DNA of 57,136 bases, counting the filler, from Stramenopiles sp. TOSAG23-6 (taxonomy: Eukaryota), in assembly GCA_900128565.1 (NCBI GenBank). It is 2 parts of 2 records of this genome, joined end to end, with 100 filler letters (N's around TTAATTAATTAA, not from the genome) between each part and the next. Parts side by side here need not be neighbours in the genome. Positions count along the whole stretch, not along the records: positions 1 to 28,682 come from LT635976.1; positions 28,783 to 57,136 come from LT635977.1. One strand, written 5' to 3'. This document shows positions 22,647 to 35,562 of the stretch, one piece after another. The translations under genes were made by a program, and so were the position numbers. Positions within the stretch are counted from its first letter, which is position 1; every line of letters starts with the position of its first letter. Under the pieces are notes generated by a model. The model was given only the letters and a program-made list of their open reading frames with translations, had not been told where the DNA came from and made no database searches.

Positions 22647-25600
22647 ATGGCTTCTGTGCTAGCCAAAGTTGATCTTACTTCAATGACTGCCTTACGACGC
22701 GAATTACAGAAACGAAACATTAGCACAACCACACCAAACTTAAAAGGGGAAGAGAGAAGAAAAGAGCTGGTGTATCGCTTAAAAGAAGTGCTTAATATCA
22801 TTGAATCAGAAAGTGATAGTAGTACAGAAGACTCAAGGAATCTATCAGAGCAAATAAGTAAACCGATAGACTGGAATAGTATGTTATCGATTCGTAAACA
22901 TCTTCTTGCTCGTAATCTTAGTGTATCAACACCAGGCGCGACTAATGAGGAACGTAGAGAGGTCTTAAAATGTCGACTCAAGGCATTTTTATCAAAGAAA
23001 AATGAGAAACGCAGAGATGTCGTAAAAGGTCGACTCGAGGCGTTTTTATCAAAGAAAAAAGATTCTTTGCCAAATAAAAATGTGCAGTTGTCACTACAAA
23101 CTGGTTTATGGAACAAACCAAAACAGGTTCCAGCAAAGAAAGCGGCTAGTTCGGCTCGGTCTGAAACTCGATTAAATGCCGACAGAGATGCTACTATAGT
23201 CAAGAATAACTCTACACTTACATCAGTAGATCAGTCATTAGGGTTAGGGTTAGGGCATGATTTTGTACCAAGTAGTGAACTTTTATCTTTACAAAAAAAA
23301 TTACAAAAGCAAAAAGATGAAATCGCGACAATAGAAAAGCGACGAAGAGATATTGTCTTCAAGAGACTTAGTGGTGCTGAAGGCACTGAACTCTTTGAAT
23401 TCATGAATGCATGTACGTTTTATATGAATTTCTAATTTATTTTTTTTCATACGAAATTTCGTACCTAACAAATTTTAGTTTTTTTTTTTTTGAAATATTT
23501 TTTCACAATACATTTCGATCGGTTAAACACGAATTGGATAGAGTTTGTAAGTGGAAAAAACGCTTTATTGATTCCAGTGCGCTCTGCATTGCAGCATATG
23601 CTCTTGGAACTGAATCAAAGAATAATGAAGAAACCGGTACAACAACCCGATTCCATGTCGATGTATGTTTTACTTTTTTTAAAATTCGAAAACTTTTTTC
23701 GTACGAAAATTTGTACCTAACGATATTTTTTTTGAAATTATTTTTCCAAAATACATGTATTACGTGTCCGTCTTGAGGAAGCTATTGTAAAGATGAAGAA
23801 ATCGTTATCTGATAAGCGAATGTCGGTTATGGCAGAGGAACGTCATAATCCACTCACTGGGGTTATTGTACAACGAGAAAAACAAGAAACAATTTCACAT
23901 CTTCAGGAAAAAGTTGAGTCTCTTTATGACTATGAATTAGATACACATATACACCACAAGAAGGAGAAACGCCAAGATAGAGAAATGAAACAAAATTCGG
24001 ATCGAAAGTCCAAATTACGAGTGTCAACTGAGTCAAATAAAAATAGACATGGAGGGAAACATAGTCGTAAAAGCCTTCGAAAAGGTGGTGCAGCCGCTGT
24101 TGCAAGACGTGCTGCAACTGGTCTTTCAGATTACTCTGCCCAGAAGGCAATGAGAGCAGCACGTGTTCGACTTGCTGCTAAATTTAACGATCAACTTTCA
24201 CGATCAGGTTCGGCAAACCCAGTGGGGAGAAATAGATTATCCGTAGTTCCTGGAGGATCACCAGTAGTACAACTTCGAGGAAATGATATTATTGCTCCAC
24301 CTCCCTCTGGCGATTCCTTTACAGAGACAAATAATAGTAAATTCGGAAATAGATATGCGAAGTTACCCCATTCTCGTCGTTTTGATTTTGATAATAGTGA
24401 TAGCATACCTCCTAGAATATCAGGAATTTCTGCGTCTCGCAATGAGGAGTCCATCGTATATCAAAATCCGGATAAATGTTGGCGTCAAGCATTTGTAAAG
24501 TANATAGCGAAACAAGATATAAAGGGCGCATCAACACTTTTCATGAAAGGAATTGCATTACATCCATATCACCCAGAATTGCTTCATCAATATGCTAACT
24601 TTATTCGCACAACTACAAGAAATTCAGAACTTGCGTCGAATCTCTATCTGCGAGCTCTTGAGGCATTCAGCAAAGGTCGAAATACTAATTTAAATGATGC
24701 AGAACGGTATAGTGCAGGGATTACTATGTTTGATCACGGAATGCACATGCAGGCATGTGGACAAACTGAAGCTGCTTTAAATTCTTTTAAAAAAGCTGTC
24801 GTAGCTTGTCCGAATCATCCTAGATTACTAGCAAAGCTGGCTGTTACNTTACACCGAATTCTCCCAAGCGAAAAACAAAATGATCGCCCGCCTTCACGTG
24901 CAAAGAATCATACAGATATAGTGACAAATTCGCGGACACCTATAAAAGAGAAGTTGCGTGTTCAAGACTTATACGAGCGGGCTTTTGTTGCTGATAGATT
25001 TAATGTGAAAAATTTAGTGAACTATGCACTCTTTTCTCAACGGTTATTAAAAAATAATAACCTTGCCGAAAAGTTGTTTCTTCAGGCATCCATATTAGAC
25101 CCATTTAATGGTGGTATTCTTTCAAACTTTGCTGCTTTCCTCGTGAAGGAAAAAAATGATTATGACCGAGCAGAAGCCTATTATAGAAGGGGTATTGAGA
25201 ATGATCCAAAACATGCTGGATGTATAGGCAATTATGCATCATTTCTCTGGAGAGTGCGAAATGATACTAAAAGTTCACACGCTTACTTTGAAAAGGCAAT
25301 GCAACTATCTCCGAATCATGCAAATAATCTGGGTAAATTCGCATCATTGCTCAAAAGTTGCAAAAAGTTTAAAGAAGCAGAAACTTTATACGAAAGAGCT
25401 ATTGCTGCTGATCCAGCAAATGCAACAATCCTCGGCAACTTTGCTAATTTTGTAAAGAAAATTCGTGGAGATAATAAATATGCAAAGAATTTATATTTAA
25501 AAGCTTTACAAATCGAACCGAATCACCGAATGAACCGTCGCAATTACGGACTACTTTTACGCGATTGTCCTGAACTTCGCGATGGGCCTAGTCGAGTCGT

Positions 25601-25655
25601 GTATCGAAGTGAATTTAGTAACACCGAAGGAAAGATTGCATCTCGAGGAAAATAA
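22647..25655 (+). CDS. TPR-repeat protein with two N-terminal SAP/HeH-like repeats (~937 aa); join(22647..23412,23514..23662,23757..25655)
   Basis: C-terminal TPRs (AEAYYRRGIENDP...GNYASFL; AETLYERAIAADP). Two family introns join three ORFs in frame (2814 nt). A TAN codon at ~24501 is ambiguous. Confidence 0.75.
23413..23513 (+). other. Intron (101 nt), family member, GT-AT
   Basis: GCA T|gtacgt...tcacaatacat|TT CGA. Confidence 0.7.
23663..23756 (+). other. Intron (94 nt), family member, GT-AT
   Basis: GTC GAT|gtatgt...ccaaaatacat|GTA TTA. An in-frame AG lies 21 nt downstream. Confidence 0.65.
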
Positions 25656-25791
25656 AGTATGACGTATGTACAATTTTGTGTTTCTCAATTTAGATAAAGT
25701 TTTGAATATATACTAATTAGATTCTTTTGTATTGTAAAGTAATATTAGGTTAAAAGTTTATGAAGACATTTTAGATTATTTACGAAAGTCT

Positions 25792-28627
25792 TTATTGATT
25801 ATTAACTCGTTGTTCTATTCTACTACTTGTAGGGCGACTACCTAAAGGAGTAATAATACCATCACCCATACGTCGCAGCACTTCTCGGCTTTTCGGTCGA
25901 TGTGATCCCGGGAATGAATCATGTTGACTTTTCAATGAAAAAGAAAACTCTGGAAAAAATACAGCTGGCGACGACGATTCTTTTGTCATATCTTCAGGTA
26001 GACTCCAAAGTCCATCATTATTTACGTCATCTTTATCAATTTCATCATTATTGACAATAAATCTATGAATGTCATCTTCTTGATCGAAATCTGTTTTATC
26101 TTGTCCGAATTTACTAAATTTGCGAAGTCCTTTAAATCGTTTTGTTGCTCCAAAAACAAGTTTTGCTTTTGAAGCTTGGATTTTCGATTTAGCACGACCG
26201 ATTGCTACTTTCTCTCGAACAAGAAAATTTAAACGTTGTGTAAAACCCATTCCCGCAATATTTGCTTTACGCTCATTTTTTTTTCTTTCTATCTCTGCTT
26301 GACGCGCTAAAGCTGCTTTTTCTTTTTTCCNCGCTTTGTNTTCATCGATGTCTATTTTTTCTTGTTCTTTAACCTTCTTCAATTCCATCAGAATCAAATC
26401 AACTGCATCCTCAATATTATTATTGGATAGTTTGAGCGCGGCCATATAAGTTGGTCTCTCAAATGCCTCAAAAAAGTCTTCTAGTTCTTCAGGTATCACT
26501 GCTTGATCATATATTGGTTCACCGAATGAATCACTGGACTTATTTGATTTAGAACTAATAAAAGAAGCATTTGAATCAGGTCGTTGGTGTGATTCTTTTG
26601 AATTTGGTCGAAATTGTGGTTCAACATCTGAGTGCAAAGAAATTGTATTAGTAAGATTTTCTTTTGCTAAAGATAATGATTGATCAACCTTTTGACGTCT
26701 CCTAAATGTATGACGTTTTTTTTTACGCCAATGGAGTTCATACAATAGTTGCGTTGCTAGCAACTCTCTCTTTTGTCTTTTTAGTCGGCGCCGATATTTA
26801 TTATTATGTTTTCGAACTCTTTCAACTTTATTTCGTAACATGTTCCGTTTGTGTTGTGCAATCTCTCGATTTGGTTCCCTTCTGTAATAAATACGAATCA
26901 CTCTTGGAGGTTTCCAATCGCACTGATCAAGAAGTTTATTATAGTAAAAGGAAACACCGCTATTGTGTTTCATCATAACCCATCCCTTCCACTCCGTTTC
27001 GTCTCGCTCAATTTGAGATACTTTAACGAGTGTGGCCCACACTTCTCGCATTTCCTTATCTCCAAAACTTACCATTGACATTGCCTTTTCATCTTCTATA
27101 TTTGTATCGAGTAACTGAAACCGTTGATCTGGTCTTGTTCGGCTCACCAAGACCCCAGGATGTGGACATTCATCCTGTACTGTTTTGGAGAGTGAATTAT
27201 AGTAAAATATGCAGTGCTGTGACGGATTTACCACTGGTTTCCAACTGAGTAATAACTTATGAGGATCATATTCCTCAGTATTTGCTTGCTCACTGGATTG
27301 TTGCAAATCATTGTTGCCATCACTATTATGTTTTCTGATAGACAGAGGAGGGATACCAGAAAGAATTTTTTGCTCTGAAGAATATTTCTTCTTTGTTTCT
27401 GAATCTGATGTATTTGCATGGACATTTGCTTCTTTCTTTTGTATTTCATTTGTATTATGTGTATCCAATGCCAGTTCCACAGAAATACATTTATCAATGT
27501 TATTTTTTTCTTCTTTTATTTCATTTATGAATTCCCTTGTATCTTCTATGATACCATTCTTTTCATTTTCACACCCAAACTTTCCCTCGCTAGAATTTGC
27601 ATTACCTTTTCGACCTGTACTATTAAAATCTAAACGATGACTTGATGGTCGGGAATGAGTGCTTACAGGTCTAGATCTAGGTCGGTGTGTAATCCTCGTA
27701 CTTTTCGGACGAGAATGAGAATGGGTGCTTACAGGTCTAGATCTAGGTCGCCGTACAATCCTCGTACTTCTTGGACGCCTCGTACTTACTGGCCGAGAAT
27801 ATGACTGTGGAAGTGTCCCGTGAACTGTAGATGGTCGAGATACAATAGACGTTGTACGAACGCTACTAGGTCTAGATAAACTACTATCTCCTAATGATCC
27901 AGAGCCTATAAGGTCTCTTATTGAGCGACTAGATGTTGGCCTTTTACCAGAGACAATATTCATGAGACCACGTTTGCGTGGTGTTGATAATATAGTAGAT
28001 GATCTATATTCATTTTTATCTTCTGTATCTGCACTTAATGTAGTCAAATATGTCCTTGATGTGCCAGGTCGCGAATTCGCCGGAAAACCAAGTATTTCCC
28101 GCTGAAGTTTTTCTTCAGCCATAACGTCTGGGTCAACAGCAGACCGAAGCGCACGCTTAACTAGCAGCATCGATTCATCATCACACCATCGATTCGCCGA
28201 AATATCAATGTGAAGGGGTTGGTCAGAAGGTCGGCGGTTCAATGAAAGGCTAGCTGCCATTTCTGCAGCATTGGTATTACTTAAATCACAGTCACACATC
28301 TTCAAAATACCAAGGGAAAGTGCAAGAGGTGCCCCCCAACCAATGATACCAGCACCACACCCAAGTTTCTCATTCCCACACAAATTAAGCTCAGTCAAAC
28401 CAACGTTTTCAGCAAGTCCTTCTCCAATACCTTCAGCACTGTGTAATGTGAGGCTACAAGAAACCAGCTGCAGTAATTGCAACACTTGATTGTATTCAAG
28501 CAAATACTGTAAGGCTTTGCCAATTCCTGGACCTGCTAGAACATTCGATGATAAATCTAATCTAATTAAGTATGGATTACGCCATATTGACTGTAGTAAC
28601 ATAAAACACCCATCTGGTGAACCAGGC
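25792..28627 (-). CDS. 5'-truncated last exon of an RI-like LRR + RPxS-rich + two WW + UBA-like protein
   Basis: LDLSSNVL, LNLCGNEKLG LRRs; WKPVVN...FYYN...P and WVMMKHNSGVSFYYN...WKPP WW domains; AALKLSNNNIEDAVDLI UBA-like. Preceded by the 3' half of a family intron (…ccaaaatactt|G) that is cut by the gap. Confidence 0.75.
27650..27800 (-). repeat. Coding tandem duplication (RPRSRPVSTHS / RP.STRI units)
   Basis: GTGCTTACAGGTCTAGATCTAGGTCG occurs twice and CCTCGTACTT three times on the + strand. Confidence 0.75.
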
Positions 28628-28682
28628 AAGTATTTTGGAAAAATATTTCAAAAAAAAATCGTTAGGTACAAAATTTCGTACG

Positions 28683-28782
28683 NNNNNNNNNNNNNNNNNN
28701 NNNNNNNNNNNNNNNNNNNNNNNNNNTTAATTAATTAANNNNNNNNNNNNNNNNNNNNNNNNNNNNNNNNNNNNNNNNNNNN
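28683..28782. other. Artificial contig spacer N44-TTAATTAATTAA-N44
   Basis: Exactly 100 nt, symmetric N runs around a six-frame stop linker. Confidence 0.97.
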
Positions 28783-28967
28783 ATGTTTTAGGTTAGGGTT
28801 AGGGTAAAGACGAAAAAAAAAAAAAAAATAATTTTTGTTAGGTATGAAATTTCGTATGAAAAAAAAAAAAAAAAAAAAAATAATTTTTTTTAGGTATGAA
28901 ATTTCGTATGAAAAAAAAAAAAAAAAAAAAAATCTCGGAATTGAATTGAAATGAATTGAAAACTAAC

Positions 28968-30040
28968 ATTTGTCCACTACCTTTTTTATCAATATCAAGA
29001 GCGATAGATTTACACATTTCATCATCAACACCAACTTTACTTAGAGCTGTATGTACTTCATCAAAAGTATGAACATCATCATTATGCATGAAAATAACCC
29101 ACTTTTCCAATAGGGAACTAGGGTTAGGGCTACATTTACATTTCAAATCTGATTTTGACGATGAAAAAAAAGATTCTGCGACACGCGCTCTTAGATCATT
29201 TTTTGTAATACAATCAGAAACATCTCCACCATTTTCTTTAATGATTACCTTGAGTTTCTTTACTGAACACTGTAATAAATCGGGGAAAAAATATTCTACA
29301 TTGTGTTCAGTGAAATTCTTGTCCCATTCAATTTCATTCTGCTTTTCGTTAAATTCTTGACGAGCAACAGATTGAAGTAAAGCTTGGTCATCATAACAGC
29401 TAACACAGTGTTCTGCCGTTTCTCGGAGAAAGTCTACAGCACCAGCAATAACTGCAGGGGCTGATTGTTGTAGAGTTGGTGGAAGACTCTGGAACGTCTC
29501 TGTCAAATCCTCATCAGTGTATGACCAATTTTCACTCAAATTAGTGTTTTCATCGCTTTCTTTATTAGTATTTGTTATAATATCTACACCACCATGAAGA
29601 CAACAAAATCCTTTAGGGTTAATTGCCTCAGGATCACCACAATCACAACAACCTCCTTGTCCTTGACTACGGTAATAATGGAATTCGTGATCTACGTGAT
29701 CTCCAGCTAAAAAACATTTTGCGCATAAAACACAAGTTGGATCAGCGGCACATGTTTTGCAAAAATATACAATATCTCCATGTTGAAACACCTTGCCACA
29801 CAACTGAGATTTCGATGCATCTCCGTCACTAAAGGATTGTAAGTAGTTTTTTAAAGTCGAAACATCTAAACACTGCCTTTCTAACTCTGGCTCATCTAAT
29901 AACTTTGTAGACAATAAAGTTGCTACGTTAGGTTTAGGATGAGAAATATCAGCATTCTCACCATCAGTGAAGCGACCTTCATACAATCTGCGCTTAATGT
30001 CTATATATAAATCATGATATCCAGTCCAATGCTCTACCAT
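28968..30040 (-). CDS. UBR1: UBR1/UBR2-type N-recognin E3 ligase, first exon (3'-truncated)
   Basis: UBR box CGKVF..GD.VYFCKTC..DPTCVLC..CF...DH..H...GGCCDCGD.EA...GFC..H followed by ClpS-like HNDDVHTFDEV. Exon ends CAA AT|gttagt. Confidence 0.85.
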
Positions 30041-30326
30041 GATATTACTTTAGTAATTCTACTTTATCTAATATTGTATTCTTTGTAGGTAGCGATGATG
30101 ATGAGTCATTCTTCTTCTTCTGTGTTTTTTTTTGCTGACTGAAAAAATTGAAACACGAAATACTGCGATTCTAGAATTAAAAAATCATATTATTTTGAAA
30201 TATTCAATTTAAATTGCACAAGAAAAAAATCATATTTTATTTTTACAACAAAATTAAAAAAAAAAAGTATAAAAAAAATGGTATGAAAATTCATAGCTAT
30301 TACCTACAATACTCTATTCGTATACG

Positions 30327-33251
30327 TCATTGCACTTGCCCTGTAAATGCAATAGCCGTAGCAATAGAGTGTATAGGTGTATAACAAATACAAATTAAAG
30401 GATAAATCCAATTTCCATAATTATTCCAATCATTTTTAAATGTTTCAAGATTCAATATTTCATGATGTACGCCAATACTATGACTTATTTTTGGAATAAA
30501 TACAAAAAATATCGAAACCGGTGATAAGAAGACTAAAAACAGTAACTGTATTGTAGAAAAATATTTCAAAAAAAATCTAAAAAAAAATTGTTAGGTACAA
30601 AATTTACTATAAAAAAAAAATTTAGACAAAAAATTGAAAAAATAAAATAAAATATACCTGAAGAACATCTTTCATTGTGATTGAATTTGTTGAGAGCAGT
30701 GGCTGAACTATTGTTAAAAATGGGACAGTGATTAATCCAGAAAGTACTATATTTTGGAAAAATATTTCAAAAAAAAATTAACATTAGGTACAAAATTATC
30801 TACGAAAAAAAATTAAAAAAAAAAGAAATTAAAATGAAAACTTGGGTTAGGGTTAGGGTTAACCTACAAGCAAGTGAAAAATTGCCAAGGCCAAGGACAA
30901 GATGTATTGAAAGCCAAATAATGAGTGTTATAATTTTAACAGCCTGCCAACGACCAGTACGTCCCTTTGCGTACATTAAATTATAACCGACATACATGAA
31001 AATTAAACCTTCCGTACATAGCATATATTTTGGAAAAATATTTCAAAAAAAAAATCTAAAAAATTTTGTTAGGTACAAAATTTACTATAAAAAATAAATT
31101 CGATTTTTTTTTTACGGAAAACAAAAAAAATAAATAAAACTTACATAATAATCAATATATTTTCTACAAAATTTCTACCTACTAAAACATTATGAAAAAA
31201 CAATGCAATCTTATTCAAAACCTCTACAAAAAAATCTCCGATACCATTTGTTTTGAAAACATCTAAAAAATAAAGTTTGTTTTTGTATTGTTCTAACGAT
31301 TGTGTAGATACAATAAACAATATTCCCCCCATCGCAAAAGGTAGCAAGGATGGCCATATATTTAAAAAAAAAATTGAAATGTGAAAATTTGTTAGGTACA
31401 AAATTTCGTACAAAAAAAAAAAAAAATGTAAAAGTAAGGGTAGGGTTAGGGTTAACCTACATAGAGCACCGACAAAATCGAGTCTGTCCACGGAATAAAT
31501 CAAACCTAAGATTTTTATAATTACAGGAATACATATCAAAAGCAAAACAAAACTATATTCACCAATAGTGACCATTAGTGTCGGAGAGGGTAATATATAA
31601 AACCATGTATTTTTTCAAAATATTTCAAAAAAAAATTTCAAATTTTTTGTTAGGTACAAAATTTCGTACGAAACGTTTTTTGGAAAAAAAATTTTAAAAA
31701 AATGTAAAATAATGAAAACCTACAAAATGATTGATGAAATCTTTCCTCTAAATTATTACTACAGTGTTACACAATATGTCAAATTTGATATTTGTTAAAA
31801 ACAAAAACTTGGTATGATTTTGATGTGTACCAAGAAATATATATATACTATTCAATAGGGTTAGGTTTGTTTTTTTAAGGTAGGGTTAGGGTTCGTATTT
31901 AGGTAGGGTTAGGGTTACGTACATACTTCGTAAAAGTTTTTCCACAAGAACACCAAATGATTTTGATCTTGCACCACCATATGTCTTTCTACCAATTGTA
32001 ACAGGTGTAATTGTCAACGCTTCAATATTATATTTACTAAAATGAGCATGAGGCCCTAATGGACCACGAGCAAGGCTTCCACTAAAACGCAAAACTCCTG
32101 CCATTTTCTGAAGATAATCATTAAAATAATGTCGAAATTTTTTTGGAATGCAAAGAAGAAATTGTTTAAAATATGGCATGGCTATTACTGTAAATTTCGC
32201 AAAGGAATCAATATGTGCTGTTCTTGTCAACATGATTGGAACATCTGAAACTTTTTCAACAACATTAAACAAGTCCAAATTAGGTAATTGACCGTTTATA
32301 CCAGGAAGAAGTGCTGCTATATTTTGGAAAAATATTTCAAAAAAAATTCTAAAAAATTTGTTAGGTACGAAATTTCGTACGAAAAAAAAAAAACANAANT
32401 TCGATGTTTTTTTACTTACCTATATGTGTAAAACGTCCAAAATCGACTGAAGCTTGAACAACAATTGCACCGCGAATCGTTCCAACACGCAGAAATGATT
32501 GTGATAGTTTAGGTTGTGGTAATGTGTATGCTTCAAGCCATGCTTCAATACCATATGACAAAGGTAATCCTTGTTGATTGTTTTGTTTTTGTTTTTTGTT
32601 TTGATTAGGGTTTTCCAGAGGATTGTTAAGATCAATATCTAATGGAATCAGAAGAACACAATCTTTAGCAAGCCAATTTAGTTTCGTTAACATTTCAAAA
32701 AGAGCTAAAGATGTTGCTAGTCCAGAGGTATAATTCGTATCCCTTGTAGTTGAGTGTAGTCTATTCTTACTTACATCTTCATTAGCACCAGTGACGGCTA
32801 GTACCATGCCTTCAGCTCCAGAGGCTCTCGATGCCCTTAGAACTCCATATACATTATATCGCTCGACACCATCAACCTCATAACGGTGAATATTTGCCTC
32901 TATACCCATATCTCTAAGGGTTGACAATAACCAATCACGACGTTGGTGAGACTTTGCACCAATTTTCGAAGGTGGCATTTCCCAAAATGCAGCGTCGAAT
33001 TCTTTTGCACGCGATATCTCAGCATTGCTAAAAGAAACTAGCGATGAGCCAGGCATTAAGGCATTCTCAGATAGATACGTACCCCTGCATTTCGTTTCAC
33101 CACATGTTATACATGCGAGAGGGAATAAAGAAATCCATACAATACCAAGGATAAAGAAAAGTATTGAGAAAGCACTACGCCACTTCCACACATTAGACGC
33201 TATTGAAACTTTATAATCAGGTGGCACTAATTTAGTGATGATGCTTCCCAT
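30327..33251 (-). CDS. GAA1: GPI transamidase subunit GAA1 (692 aa, 8 exons); mirror of 52668..55592
   Basis: TYLSENALMPG, NVYGVLRA.R, WLAKD, GINGQLPNLDLFN, RSINNLEERFHQSFWFYIL, NFSLA. Introns 32317..32419, 31759..31922, 31605..31723, 31356..31460, 31023..31144, 30747..30867, 30546..30657. Confidence 0.88.
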
Positions 33252-33438
33252 ACTCCGTGTTCCACGTTATCAAAGTAAATGTATTAGATGTATTCTTGAA
33301 AGGTTTAATAATAAAACTTTTCAGTTATTAATGTTGTAAGCGCACACAGTCCTATAACTCGAACGACACTTGAGTTTGTCAAGGTATTTATAATTTGTAG
33401 TGCATTTGTAGTTTTGACTCAAGGGTATAAATTTTAAA

Positions 33439-33585
33439 TGTTTTTTCGTGTTTTTTCCTAAAAATAATTAACTGTTCCTGTCTCTCAATACAAAATTATT
33501 ATTTCATATTCTTGAATGATGATGATATATACTTTATGAGAAAGTTGTGGTCGAATGTTATCATTAGGAATTATTAAAAAGTTCT
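33439..33585. repeat. ~145-bp direct repeat, copy downstream of LRR gene (mirror 52334..52480)
   Basis: Near-identical to 35217..35360 (...GTTCCTGTCTCTCAATACAAAATTATTATTTCATATTCTTG...GAGAAAGTTGTGGTCGAATGTTATCATTAGGAATTATTAAAAAGTTCT). Confidence 0.9.
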
Positions 33586-33742
33586 CTAATTTTGTTTCAA
33601 AATATTTTGATAATACCATTTTATATACATTTTGTACATTTATTATTTATCAAAAAAATAACATATATAACATGAAAAGTTATCGAAAAAACAATACTGA
33701 ACCAACTAGATATATTTACCCAATTGTTTTTCTAATTTCAAA

Positions 33743-35086
33743 TCAATGTAAAAAACCAAAAAAATTTGTTAGTTGACCAATTTCCTCTGGTATTCGACCA
33801 GATAGGTTGTTTCTCTGCAAATCCAATCTAACAAGACTTGTTAGTTGACCAATTTCTTTTGGAATGGAGCCAGATAGTTTGTTGAAACCCAAATTCAAAT
33901 TTTCAAGTTTTGTTAGTTGCCCAATTTCTTTTGGTATAGAACCAGATAGGCTGTTGTCTCCCAAGATCAAACGTTCAAGATTTGTTAGTAGACCAATTTC
34001 AGTTGGTACTGCACCAGATAGTTGGTTGTCGTTCAAGTACAATCTAACGAGACTTGTTAGTTGACCAATTTCTTTTGGAATTGTACCAGATAGTCTGGTG
34101 TTGAACAAGTAAAAATTTACAAGACTTTTTAGTTGACCAATTTCCGTTGGAATCGGATCAGATAGTTTGTTGTGAGACAAGGACAAATCTCTTAGCTTCG
34201 TTAGTTGACCAATTTCTTTTGGAATTGCACCAGATATTTGGTTTTTCCGCAAAATCAATTCTTTGAGCTTTGTTAGTTGACCAATTTCCGAAGGTATTGG
34301 ACCAGATAGTTGGTTGATACGCAAGTCCAAAACTTTGAGATTTCTTAGTAGACCAATTTCTGCTGGGATTGAGCCAGATAGTTTGTTGAATGGCAAGGAC
34401 AATTGAGTGAGACTTGATAGTTGACCAATTTCTGTTGGTATTGAACCAGTTAGTTGGTTTTCGTCCAAGATCAAATCTTGGAGCTTTATTAGTTGACCAA
34501 TTTCCGTTGGGATTGAACCAGTTAGTTCGTTGTGATTCAAGATTAACATTTCAAGATTTCTTAGTAGACCAATTTCCGTTGGTATTGAACCAGATAGGTT
34601 GTTGCTCCACAAGTGCAATTTAGTAACCCACCCTCTTTCATTACACGTTACTCCATCCCATGTACAAATATCTTGATCTGTCTTCCAATTTTTATTACGA
34701 CTCCAATTGATTCCACCTGTAGTATCATACAATACAGTTAAAGCATTTCTTTCCAATTCCTTACGAATACCTTCTAGACGGCGTAGCCATTGAATTGATG
34801 ACTCATCTTTATGTTGATTGACGGAATTAATATCTACATTTCCACTCGATAATTGCATCAGTTCTTTCACCATTTTAGATGTACGAAGTGCGCGTATGCC
34901 AAATTCAACTTCACTTGCCTTGTTCATCGCACGTGAAACAGCAGAGAAACTACCTAAATCGCTGCGAGATAATTGCGAAGTAGGACCTCCTCTTAGGCCT
35001 AGTGTAATTTCTGCTGTTGTAGCTCCTTTACTTTCTCTTATACTTATTATCATCAATAATAGCAGCACAATACAGAGATAATTCAT
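33743..35086 (-). CDS. Secreted plant-type LRR protein (12 x 24-aa LRR)
   Basis: Signal-like MNYLCIVLLLLMII; N-cap NW...ICTWDGVTC; repeats LxxLxLxxNxLSGxIPxEIGQL. The ORF-track start 35266 is TTG; ATG at 35086 is preferred. Confidence 0.88.
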   Translation of the reverse strand: MNYLCIVLLLLMIISIRESKGATTAEITLGLRGGPTSQLSRSDLGSFSAVSRAMNKASEVEFGIRALRTSKMVKELMQLSSGNVDINSVNQHKDESSIQWLRRLEGIRKELERNALTVLYDTTGGINWSRNKNWKTDQDICTWDGVTCNERGWVTKLHLWSNNLSGSIPTEIGLLRNLEMLILNHNELTGSIPTEIGQLIKLQDLILDENQLTGSIPTEIGQLSSLTQLSLPFNKLSGSIPAEIGLLRNLKVLDLRINQLSGPIPSEIGQLTKLKELILRKNQISGAIPKEIGQLTKLRDLSLSHNKLSDPIPTEIGQLKSLVNFYLFNTRLSGTIPKEIGQLTSLVRLYLNDNQLSGAVPTEIGLLTNLERLILGDNSLSGSIPKEIGQLTKLENLNLGFNKLSGSIPKEIGQLTSLVRLDLQRNNLSGRIPEEIGQLTNFFGFLH

Positions 35087-35216
35087 TTTGAAAAATAGTT
35101 GCAAATGTATTTTGTTTTCAATATACAAATGGTAGAATTGATACCACGAGGTAAATTCTGAGTTCCTGAAGTCAAGCTCCTTGGTCAGCTGATCGGTATA
35201 AATTTTACATTTTTCT

Positions 35217-35360
35217 TGTTTTTTCGTGTTTTTTCGTAAAAATAATTGACGGTTCCTGTCTCTCAATACAAAATTATTATTTCATATTCTTGGATGATGA
35301 TGATTACTTTATGAGAAAGTTGTGGTCGAATGTTATCATTAGGAATTATTAAAAAGTTCT
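35217..35360. repeat. ~145-bp direct repeat, copy upstream of LRR gene (mirror 50559..50702)
   Basis: Near-identical to 33439..33585. Confidence 0.9.
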
Positions 35361-35562
35361 ATCGAAAAAACAATATTGAACCAGATAGTTTGAAAGATGC
35401 AAAAGCAAACAACACGTTTTTTAACTTTTTTAAAAATACGTAGTTTTTTATAGTAGCAATATCTATATAGTAGTAAATTCTAAATTCGTTACGGTACGAA
35501 AGAAAATTCCGTACTAAACAATTTTTTTTTCAGGCAGGGTTAAAGTTTTCACCCCCTTGTTT

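Noticed and set aside
12403-23756. Elements as ciliate-like DNA-eliminated IESs flanked by direct repeats
   Set aside because: All are sense-oriented with GT/GC donors and a CTAAC motif, and five lack a perfect direct repeat. This fits RNA splicing better.
28727-28738. TTAATTAATTAA palindrome within the N gap
   Set aside because: Standard six-frame stop linker used to concatenate contigs. Adjacency across it is not biological.
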